Below, piece by piece: positions 1 through 11,900 of a stretch of 64,000 nt of DNA (within the stretch, counting starts at the first letter, position 1; every line of letters begins with the position of its first letter). A program made the translations under genes and the position numbers. The notes below the pieces were generated by a model, which saw only the letters and a list, made by a program, of their open reading frames with translations, was not told the DNA's origin and did no database searches. The stretch lies in contig OZ004609.1 in the NCBI GenBank assembly GCA_963924565.1, positions 25,668,001 through 25,732,000 on the forward strand, read 5' to 3'. Source of the DNA: Ascidiella aspersa (taxonomy: Eukaryota).

Positions 1-3000
1 TCTGTTAACAGTAAAATTGTCATATAAAGAAATACGTGTTCAAATTTTTTAATTGTTATATCGGTTTAGGTTTTTAAACATATTTAAAAAACAAAAACAC
101 ATGTTTTAGTAAATTCGTTTTGAGTGTGGCCTCAATGTAACACGGAATAGTGATAGAAGATAGTAACTATACACATGTTTTGTCGGAATTATATATTTTA
201 ACGTATTTTTGGCGTATTTTTTTTTCAGTTTAATATTTATAAACGTAAAAATTAAACTCCGTATCTCTCAGGACAAAATCACCTAAAAGTTTCTTTAACA
301 GCACAAAGACGCGAGTAAGCAAACACATAAGAGTGCTCTAGCACCAAATTACCACCAATAAAAATAGTTAAAATGCTGTTTGGGAGGTGGGGGTAAAATA
401 TTTTAAAACCTATGCTAACAGTGTGCGAGCGTTATTGATGGAAATCGCTTCAGTCTTAATCAATAGGTCGAAACTGGAAACCGAATTGTTGAACAACGGT
501 TTAGCTCCTGCGGTTGGAGCTGTGTTCAAGTTCCGATAAACCCAAAGCAAACAGAAGCGCCTCGCAAACACGTTTTAAGTTGAGGATGCCAGGAAAGCTA
601 ATTTAGCCCTACCGTGGTATGCAGAAAATGGGGTCTGGGCAGCCGAAAAAGTCGGCGCGCCGGAATTCAGCGAAATGCAATATATACCTGGATAGTGGTG
701 GCGGTGGCGTTCGACCAGACTGGGTCGAGAACGTGGATTTCGGCGCAGCGCGCGATGCCGTCCCCAGCTCAAAATCAACAGGCAAAACAGTGTCAGCAGC
801 TCTATGGTTATCCTACGCGCGAAAGAGCCAAGTACCATCGTCGACGGGCAGCAGTGCGCCGTACAACCCTAAAGCCCAACCGCGCTCACTTTATCGCTGC
901 CGAGATAAGACCCGATTCATTAGGGGGACCGTTTGGGCGAAATGCATGTCACAGAGTGACAACGGAGAGCGATGGTAGGCGGGAAAACGGCCAACAAGCA
1001 AGCCTATAGTGGTTTCGACCTTTCATTGAGGCGGGGAACTGCTACCCGCTGCCATTCGCAGCCTCCATTAGGTTATCAGCGCGGCGGTGCGACTTCAAAG
1101 GCACGCACGATAGCGTTGTCTGCCGCGTACGCACCACAGGTACATATCGTCATTTACGTTACGTAACTGTGACCATTGCCGGCGCGCTTTGCATAGCCAA
1201 CGTCGTCTCCCGAAATAAAGCGCTTTGTGTTAAGCTTCCCAATTTCGCGCCGCGATTTGGCTAAGCGACGACCGCCCGTCCGCGCCCCATTGTCGGTCGC
1301 GAGCTTTGGCAAGAAAAGCAGTGTACGACGCGCGAGCATGCACACAGGACCTGCATAGTTCTAGCGACGCCCATTATCGGATGAAATTACAGACTGCGGG
1401 GCATTAGCGCGACAAACAGAGCGTAATTGCGCCACTTTTCGCCCCGGAATCAATATACCCGATAAATAATGCATAACCCGACGCGGGGTCCCTTCAATAA
1501 ATTAACTCCGGCGACCCGTTCGATTCGTGCAGACTCCCGATGCGTGGCCCGGTGACAAGCGACGGTCGCATCATCCAGACAGGTCAGTGAGTAATGGGTA
1601 AAAATTGCGGCCTTCCCTTTACGCGTTGTCGGACTCGGTCAAAGTCAGCTTGTTCTCCGCCGGCCGCCATATCGGTAATATCAATGGGCTTATAGTTGGG
1701 GGCGCTCCGTCATGGGAAACGCAAACGAGAAGCGATACAACAAACTTTCTGTTTCGCTCAAAGCTTGAGCGCGACGGCCAACGCCTCTTCCCCAGGAAAC
1801 GAGCGCACCCGCGTCACAAATGCTCGCTGGTGCGTGTCTGATGCGATGAGTTAATACGAGCGACGACCCAGGAAAGCTCGGCCCGGATCAACATCAGAAG
1901 CCCGCCATTGTTCGATCGCACCTCGCCGCAGAGCCCCCGGTCATGCTCCGGCGGTGCATCTGAATCAATTATCCCGGGCAGGATGATTATCGGCACCCGC
2001 GTTCGAAAGATCTCCTCCTCAGGGCGCTGCTTAACCTGCCTCGTATGCGCACGCACCTGGCGCCTTTCTTATTCTTTCCTGAAGTTCCTAAATTCTGACG
2101 CCCTTCGGCAAGCATATTTTGCTGCTTGCGCCACCTCCAAGCGAAATCAGACCCCGGAGATGGCAGATATAAAGTCACCCTAACCAGCATCAACGTATCT
2201 CTGCTACAAGGGCCGGTATCGAATGACCCAGCGCTGATCGCTGCAGCCCAGTCTAACCGCGGCGCCTTCGCCTATGCCGAAAGTCAGACAATGCTACGCG
2301 TTAAGGCTCGGCAAATAAAGCTCGACACAATAAAAAAGGTGACGGAGTGTGTTGTTGTCTCGCGCCCACTCGCCACACAGAAACGAGGCGTTGGTGCCGA
2401 GAGGACGAGAGGGAGTGTGGAATGGAGGGTGGAAACCCCTTTCAACACTAAGGGGGCATCGGGGCGCTGAGTACGTGGGGCAAACACAGTCTGTGGCACG
2501 TACTCGTCCGGACACCCAGACCCTCCTTGCGCACCGCACCCGCGCCGCACTAGCAATTGTAACTCTCGCGTCAAAGCGCCGCCAAGCTCTTACATCACTG
2601 TTTTGTTGCCCGACTGCAAGTGCCAACATCCGGCCTCGCGACTTTCGATTTCACTTCGCCATGTCGATGCGCGACTCACGGTGCTTGCAGCTCTTTGGCC
2701 GGTCACCTGGCCCGATCAAACGGCGCATTCCGGGCAGCCGACAAGCGCCCGAAGGAGGCCCTGTGTTCTGCGCCGCGGCACTTTGGGGACGCTTTTGTGA
2801 TTTCGGCGGGGTCGCGACCCCTCAGGTGGAAGACCGCGGCTTTGAAGTTCGGCCGAGTGCCCGCCTAGTACGTACAAGGCACTTTGCTTCTCGGAAGCCA
2901 GCGACAAATGGACCTGACAAGAGGCACGCGGCTGGTCCGCGGGTGCCAAGTACTTTGTGTCGAAACCCCACCACTTTTGAGGCGCATGCAAAAGGTGATT

Positions 3001-3761
3001 AGTCGACTGACGCACCGGCGCAGTTAATGCTCTAACGCGGCAGAGACTAAATATTTTTAGTCCACCCACAACAAAACCCATAAAACGGCAACACAATGAG
3101 AGTGCAAACGCGTAACTGTCGGACCTTTGTCTTACTTCTACCGGCCTCCAGTAATTGATTTCCGCGATATTTGCGCGCAATGCCATAAATCGTGCACTTG
3201 CTCGTCGCGGCACGTTCCTCATCGATCTGTAAACGTCCCCGGCGCGTCTGTGCCTCGGGTTCAACCGAAACGCAAGGAGGAGGCCCTTGTCCGCCATCGC
3301 CATGCCCTTGAGGTGTTCGCGCGCTTTATTGCTACTGACAAGAGAAAACTAAATGATTAAAAGTCCCCGGGATCTCACAACAAATAATACACACCGACGC
3401 ATGTTGACACGTTTTCGCGCGCGTGAAACGGCGTTCTGCTGTCGAGAAGGAGCTCGTCTGTCGACATGACATGCTCTTCCCGCCTAGAGAAGTCCGTCGC
3501 TTGTTTTCACCTCAAACCCGGGTGCTAACGTGATTGTTTGACGCGCCGTGTATATATCCAACACAGTGGACAGCGGGCGAAATTGCGAGCGTTTAGTTGC
3601 GCAAAACCGCGTGGATTACGGGCGAGGCGGCGCCGCAGATCAAACCATCTCCGCCGCGAATTTAGCGACTGGTTTGTAAAGCGCAGCTACCGGAGCCAGT
3701 TGTGGTGTGCGCATGCCAAAGTTCAAGAAAATTCCTAAAAACGCACGCGACGACGACTCAC

Positions 3762-3927
3762 CTCTTTTGCTGCGGATGTGTACGACCTTGTGGCGGCAGT
3801 TGTCCAGGTGAAATGCGGCCATCAGTGAGAGAAGCACGTAACTTAGAATTATGATGTAGAAGAGGTTGCCTCGATTGGGAGCGATCACCATCAGCATATC
3901 AGGCACCGATGACTTGGCTTTGTGCAT
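3762..3927 (-). CDS. Probable first coding exon of an unidentified secreted or type II membrane precursor (rest of gene not found, probably left of the window)
   Basis: ATG at 3927 with an in-frame upstream TAA. Encodes 55 codons, MHKAKSSVPDMLMVIAPNRGNLFYIIILSYVLLSLMAAFHLDNCRHKVVHIRSKR, with a hydrophobic stretch and an RSKR furin-type site. Ends at a strong AG|GTGAGT donor (intron starts 3761, phase 1). Confidence 0.55.
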
Positions 3928-6900
3928 GTTACCAAGTAAACATTATCATCCGACGTTGTCTCACACATGCTTGAGCCTTCAGGGCAAGTTCTTATAATTG
4001 CTTACAATAGAAACACACTTGGAAATGGTTATTTAGGTTTGGTGGAGATACACAGCATGCATTCCAAGCTAACTTCACAAGTTTATAATATCGACTGAAG
4101 TGCAGTATTTAGCGCTACAGCCCCCTTGGGGTTGTAGTTTATTTACAAGTTAGCTTTAGTTAATACATAACTTCCTATGACAATAGAGTCAAGCGAAATA
4201 CAACAGGTTGCTCTATTTGGAAATGTTCGTATCCGTGGAAAACACATTTACCTTACAAAAGAATGCTACAAATCAGCTTCAACTGCGCTAAGCTTACAAG
4301 CGTGACAACGCCGTACCGCTGTTTTAGGTCTACATGGGGCAGAACTGATTACAAACTGATGCTAACCTAGATTAGTAAAATATGTGTCCAAATAAAGCAA
4401 TGCGCCCCGCAACATTGGGATCAAAAATTTACCATGACTTTATCGACACATTGCTGCACGACTAAAGGGTTGTCATGACCGTGTTTGTGTTCCTGTGTTT
4501 GAAACATTAGGTAGTGTGTCGCCAGCTAAAGAATTTTTCTCTGTTGACTATTGACTACAATTTTCCGCTACCGTTCAATTTATAACAACAATTTATAACA
4601 CACGAATGTATAGAAATCACAGCATTTTAAGTCTAATTACAAGTACAATATTGAAACAAAAATATCAACCATGGTTCAAGGGGGTAAAATAAATACTTTA
4701 AATTTTAATTAAAAAATGAATTAGGCATTAAAATATGATTAATGGTAAAATATGAAGAGCTGTGAAAAAGTGAAAAATCAAGTTTTTCACAACTGTTTGG
4801 CAAACACTAATCCTCTGATTAACCAATTACCAGTAATAACTACAATTCGCTAAATACCATATATTTATATCAAAGTCGTATGTACTGTTCGCCTCTTTCG
4901 CGTGACCACAGGTCAGTCAACAGACAGGACAAAATGCAATTATGTTATGACAACGTTATTGTATCGAGGTGGGCGCACACGATCCAGCCTTTTGTAGTGG
5001 CCACAAAAGTCGCAAAATTTACAAAGGCTTGTTAAATAAACTCCGCAGCCATATGTAAACTTAGCTCTGGAGGCAAGGCAATATACATTTTTCACAAGGG
5101 GTAAGCCCACAAAGACATCAACGTGGCGCCAAAGTTCACCCAGAGTTTTAATATTCACACCAAAGGTATTTAATTTTGTGAGTCATCAATGTTTCATTTT
5201 GCAGGAGCTGATAAGGTGTAATTACCTGTCTAGGCGGCAATATAAGCTAAAGTAGGTTAACTGTGTTGTTGTATTCTCCAAGGTTTCCCCCCCCCAACCT
5301 TTTCCTTTTCTGCTCTACACTTAAATTGTTTTTATTTCGCTTTCGTGACGTCGTGGCTGAAGCCGCGCACGAGTGTCTGTTACGTCATAAACGCCTTGGC
5401 AATCACAACAAGCCAACCTTGCACCTCGTTTGATCTGCAGCGAGGCAAAATAAACTTTTGTAGCAACGTGGATTTCCTGTTGTGCAAACTAACTTCGCCG
5501 AGGGCGCCTGATCTGCTGACTTTAAAATGTCGTAAAAGAATTTTCGCGATTCGCCGCCGACTTTCGTTTCGCCAGTCGGGGCTGTTTGTGAATTCAGCTG
5601 GCTGGTATTCCAATGAATTCCTTCGCTAACGCGCTCCCTGGAAATGGTTGTTCCGTCGTCGTACGGCGAAACTTTCTTCTGTTGACTCTGCGTCGTCACT
5701 GTCGTCAACGCAAATACAGAGAAGAAGGCTCTCGCCAAGACAAAGCGGGCCGCAATCTACACGGAAGAATGCATTTCGACAATTAATTATCCTTATTCCA
5801 ATTACACGGTGTCCCTGCCAAGAGTCGGACGGGGCGGGTCGCCTAAGCAAACGATGCGCGTCAGTACTGTGGCACCGTAAAACAATATTTCACTTCCGCT
5901 TTGGTCTGTGCCCGGCCCGGCCATCAGCCGTAGAATCTAGGGGCTCGTGGTCACATCGAACTTGTTTTCGCCACAACAAGCCAGCAACCAATTTGGCGAA
6001 GGCTAGACTTTCAACCTGACCGACGCAGGTTGTCGGCAAGCCATTCCGGGCCTTTCTGTCTCCGATTTCTAATCTGAAATTTTCAAAGTACGCCGCCTGC
6101 CTCTATGAAGTGGTATTCTTCTATTCGTCATAGCGCAAGTCCCGTTGCTTGTTGTCGGTCGGTTGACAACTGAAAATACGGTTCGCGGATAAAAGTTTCA
6201 ATATTTCTCACATGCGGCTGCATTCCTTAACCGTTACTTCTAAGTGCTGGCTTATCTGTACAAAGTAAAGATAAAAGTCCAATAAACTTGCTTTCCAGGT
6301 GCCGTGCAACTGACGATCGCGCAAATCAAAATCAGTATCTGGGCGCTCTTTTCAGTCACGATATTCTCTTTTAACGTTATCGCATATCGGCTGCTTCTAT
6401 CTACCCTAACGTGCAGGTAGTAAAGCCCGCAAGAGCGACGGAAAGTACGCTTGCAGACAGACCGCAGGTTTTGATACTGCGTTTTTCACATATTACAAAC
6501 TTACACGCGTTTAGCTGTGTGTGCTTTTTTGGGGTACGGCCATCAATAAATAGCAGGGCAACGTCATCGCAAAGAAGCTGTTCTCCTACGCCGACAATGA
6601 AACGCGTTCTAGCCTTGAGATTCACGGAGAGATTGGCCGGCGTGTATGTTTATACGTACACCGCCATATATATTAAGGCAAATATTTACTGTTTGCTGTG
6701 TTCTATGGTATTTGTTTTGTAATCGCGCCTTGTTGCCTTATTTTAAAAGTATGGCAGGTATAGTCTGGCTTTCATTCCGGTGCCGTTTTAAACGAACACA
6801 GTGATTTGGCCTTTCTCGAAATGTCGAACACAATATTCTGCCGGCGTTGCGCCGACAATGCAATTTGCCCAACTTGTGCACTTGCCCAAATTTAGCATCG

Positions 6901-8570
6901 AGATTTAAAAGAGTGGCGCCACAATGAATGTTAAAAGGGCAATTTTGGCCGCGTTTGCGTTGTAGGGCAGAAAAGTAATGCAGTACGAATTGAACAAGAC
7001 TGCATATTTAAGCTAACCGCCTAAATACCTAATTCAGATAAATAAAATGGAGAAAAGGCCGTAACTTACAGTCTTCTGTATTGCCAACCAAGAGGCTCTG
7101 TCTGCGCTCGCACAATATAAACCAGACACCAGTTTAAACTCTGATTTATGGTTCCGGTCTAATTTGGGGTTAATGGCGCACATCATTCGACCTAGAAACT
7201 CATCGGTCTATACACCCGCCTTATCGAAGCGATATCAATTTTCGTGTATACACTGTAACAAATCATTTTGCAAACGAACTGATAACTGACTCCCGGCCTA
7301 ACGTTTTCGATAAATATTTTCTGAACCTAATTAAAACTTTGGCATGAAGCAAGCATCGTGGAAAGATATATTTTTGGCTTGGCAGATTTTATTTTGCGTG
7401 AGTTTACGGCTAAGTGTTCCGAAGTTTATTGAAAAAAACTTTAAATTTCACTCGAAAATTCGTAGAAAATACATACTACGGTTCGGGAGTTCCTGTGGCG
7501 TATTTCTTTGTTAAGCGCCGCTTTAAATTTAGATTACGCAACGTATGTGGGGCTTACCGCGTTTTAAAAGTGACTGTAAAATTTTACACAAAATTTGGCG
7601 AAGTGTGCCGTGACCAATCCGTTGCTTTAATCGACTATGGTTTAGGAGAGAATTGGACCAGAAGATTACCCTTGTTAGGGGATTAAAAAGTTTGCAACCG
7701 CACGCCACGTTTTTCTTATCCAATGACACTAATCCACGTGCTCATCTTCAATTAGGCACTGCGCGTTTCTGCTAGGACGAATTTTAGATGAGATTGGATG
7801 AAACGCAACGCTTTGTTTTTACGCTCGAATTTAAAGCAACTGTAGGTTTGATCCTGATAAGTCATCTGTAACTAAGCTGTGTTCGAAGGTGCTCTTGTGT
7901 TGTTGAATATACTAAATTTGCCTCCTTGTGCGTTGCTGAATAACTCGTATCTTTAATAAATAGCGCTGTTGCATTTTTGTTCAGTTGACAGTGGTAAACA
8001 GCTTTGCCCAAACTTCGATGAAAGATTTGTAGACTTTTAAGTCCGGGGGAATGTTAAGGGCACAACATTACGTTTAGCACCCAACCTTTATCTTACGACC
8101 TCTGAAAGACCGGCAATAATTAATCGGATTACAAGCTTCATGGTTTTGCTAACTAAATCAAGTCGCGATAAGGACGCTTAAGTAGACTCCCTTTCAAATC
8201 ACGATTGACGCCTGTTCAAAATTAAAAAAAAGTTTACATAGTAAAGTAAGCAGTTTCCACAAAACTTAATAAACTGTCTGTTTTAATTATAGAGGTGCAC
8301 GAGCTAAGATTTAAATAACATTTTAATTTTTTAGGGTTAACAATTAAAGGTTATCAACAAAACATAAATCACAAAATAAGACTAGGAACTATTACAAGAA
8401 TTTTTCTAATTCTGTGAACGAAAACTTAACTCTGAACTCAATACGTGTTTTTGACAAGCATCGATGCTATTTATACTAGACCACAATAATGTTACTCTTT
8501 TGTGCTGTAGGTTTCATTTTCGAGGTTGAAAAATATTGCTTAATGCTGACACCAAACGGTAAAAATTACT

Positions 8571-8584
8571 GTTGTTATGACAAC
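8571..8584. promoter_or_regulatory. RFX X-box-like motif GTTGTTATGACAAC
   Basis: Near-palindromic 14-mer of X-box form about 356 bp upstream of the TTC29 ATG. Ciliary genes are typical RFX targets. Confidence 0.5.
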
Positions 8585-8939
8585 AAATATCCAATGATGC
8601 ATCTGAATTTACACGTATTTTTATAATAAAAGTTAAAAATTATACCAAATAAAACTATAAAATCAGATAATACACACGTTTTATTTGCATGATTAGTAAT
8701 ATATGTTATACTTTTTGTATAAATTTATATGTATATATATGTATAAAATTATAAAAAATTCTTTTGTTTCCTATTTTATGTTACTATCATGGGATATACT
8801 TAAAAAACAGTTTCCAGCAAATACTCTTATAAGTTATGCTAACACAACTATTTTATCAATATGATTTACTAGTTTTAAAAACGTAATTATTTAAATCAAC
8901 TTGTAAGGCTTATTTTCAACTGTCTAAACATTCACAAAC

Positions 8940-11900
8940 ATGACAACTCTGCCTGATATAAAGCGAAAAGGAACGTCAAGTTCTATGAGAGAAAGAAGTG
9001 AGTTACAAGTAAATATATACATGAATAAAAATATTCGATCACACTTTAACGAAAAGGTACTTACAGCCTGATCACAATTTTCAAATTAAATTACCTAAGT
9101 TTGGCGCTCCTCTAGATTCCTACCACATTTTCGTCCGGGGTGAGGGTATATTGCTAACACTATTTGGGTTAGGGTGAGAGTTTGGGCTTGGATGTTGCAA
9201 GTATTATTAATATACTTAATTCTTACATATTTATGCCTTCCTTGCCATTTGAAATTTATCAACTCGTTTTGTTAGTGTTAAAAACAATCCTACCACAGCG
9301 TTCAAACAATTATTAAATCAACGCACAATATTTGGGTTAGGATGCAGGTTAGCATTAGGGTGTGGCTTGATCAAGTATTAATCTGTTTATTATCCTACCC
9401 AAATGCTAACCCAAATAATAATGTGGGCCATAGTACGATTCTAGACCAGCGCCCTAAGTTTAAATTGATCTATAACCTCTTTTATATAATTTAATGTATG
9501 AGTTACTAACACTAGGTGCAATGTATCTATAAATAGCAATATATTGTTGGTGCAAATATCCCCACACTTCATTTTCAGTAATAACATTTAAAAAAAAAAC
9601 TCTGTTATGAATATAGAAGGGGAAATCTTTATGGAATCCAAAACCAATGGCAGCAGGTTTCTGCTTGTCGATCACTGTTCCGCTGACGCGTATATAAACA
9701 ATAAAAAAGTTTAAAAACCAGAGTAAAATCAGGATCAGACATTTTTTTAAAAGGAATATATATTTCGCCTATACTGGCATCGTCAGTTCCTATAAGTCTT
9801 TACTTATCCTGATTTTACTTTGGTTTTTAAACTTTGAGTTTTATTGCTGATATAAATAAGTCCATGCTGTCTTGGTGTGCCACTTTCAACCTAGACTTTG
9901 TAAACTCTACGATTTTATGTTTAGCCGAAAAAAATAACTAAATTATTAGAACAATCCGGAAGTCAGGTTTATGTAGATGGAATTGTATTTACCAAAGCTA
10001 AATTGCTTTTATTCTGATAGTTTACAAATGCTTTGTCGGTTTTCTACCAATAAAGCCTGCATTAACACCCTAATAGCACAATTTTTTTGTCACAATACTG
10101 ACATGCAACCAAGATGACCTTAATGCAGTGTGATGTTTACCTTTGGTCAAAATAAATTTCTGTATAAAAGAACAAAACTTATTATAATTGCTTTTATAAG
10201 GTGCTCCTGCTCACAAAGCCATGAGATTTATGACATGGAAAGAAAGAGAACTTCAGAAACAGGAGGGCATTAGAGCAGAAAAGCCCATTATGACTAAATT
10301 GGAAACTGCAAGGTAGTATTTAAGTTAGTGATAATATTAGTGATAAAAAATTATATCATGTTCAATTTTTGATCAAATCTATCTTTGTAAACATAAAATT
10401 AAACGTAAGATATAATTTATGCAACAATATTGTGTTAAATTATCTTTAGGCCATAAATTGTACTTTTTACTTTGTTGTAAAGAATCTTAAAATCAAGAAA
10501 CGAAATGTGTTGCTTTTCCCCAAAAAGCGATTGCAAACCGTCAAATAAATTCATTTTTCAGTTACCGGAACACATACAAACACAACTTATGTGTTACCAT
10601 GCTCAAGGAGGGTTACCACAAATCATTTGACGAGTTGTTTAACTTGATTGAAAAGAGGAAAAAACTGAAAAAAGAAAGTGGCCCAGAGTCGGTTTTATGG
10701 CTTGTAAGCATAATATTTTATTGTCATTGAAACTCAGATAATAAGTTTATGATTTTATTTCTTTTTTCAGGAAAAACCTCTAGAAGAGGAAGAAGAAAAG
10801 CTTGATCAGCTATGGTTGTACCTCACAAAAGCTGAAGCATCTCTTAGAACAGGTTGGTATATTTATTTTAAACCAATCACAGAAATCCATTTTTTAGTGT
10901 ATATATTTTACACTATGTCCTTTAGAAATTTTTTTTCTGAGATAACAACATAATCGCCAAATAAAGAGGTATTGATTGGGACCAAAAACAATTTTCTTCA
11001 CCAAAAATATAAATCTGTATAACTAATTTGGTTAATGGGCATTCCAAAGGGACTGCGAAATACTGATTACAACAGCAATCAATGTGCACATAGTTTCAAC
11101 GGCTCCTGTAAACTATGGTTGTACAATGGGTAGTGGCCTTGCAAAGGGGGGCAGAGGACTTCACAATCTATAATGCCTTGAGAATTAAAAAAATGCACTG
11201 GTGGCTAATGTTTCTCCAAATAGACCACCAATGATGCAAGGCTGAATAGCATCGCTAAAAGCCTTTTTAATACTATCAATAGCTGATAAAGCTGCGAAGT
11301 TTTCATTGCCGTTTTAATCAAGCAAGCCACTTTACAATGCAGGAAAGTGGGAGGACGTGTACGCTTGTAGACACAAGCTCGCCGAGTACTTCCTGGACAC
11401 CGGCGACTCCTGGCTCTCAGACCACTTCTTCTCCACGGCTCTTGACACCAGCCTCAACATCCGGCTGGACGGACATCGGAGGGAGGCGGAGGCTAGGTGC
11501 AACATCGCGCTGTCGCACGAGAGGAACGGTGAGTACGCGTATCGGTCTCCTCCTTAATGAGACTATGTTGCGAGGGCGTACACAACTCGGAGCCATTTCT
11601 TGTAACGTATCACACCCTAAGCCGAGAGCCCGCAAAATCTTTAAAAAAAATCTATTTGAATTAAGAGAGTGGTGGCCAAGGTGAAATTATCTTGTAATTA
11701 ACGTGTGTCAACAAATATTTGACAGATCACTACATATATTTTCTAAATAATATAAACTGTAAAATAAATGCGATGTCCCGGTCGCTATATCGAGCAGCTG
11801 TTAAAGCAAACATATTTGTCACAGACAATGCCGGAATTTTGATTAAGCTTATCAACCGTGCGGAGCTAAGTTGTTACACATCCTGATAAAATTGTTGTGA

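Noticed and set aside
575-3400. Many overlapping 60-217 aa ORFs on both strands
   Set aside because: Arg/Ala/Pro-rich translations typical of GC-rich non-coding DNA, with no domain or consistent exon structure.
9617-9656. Possible extra TTC29 exon (KGKSLWNPKPMAA)
   Set aside because: Its length of 40 (or 37) nt breaks the frame between phase-1 neighbours.
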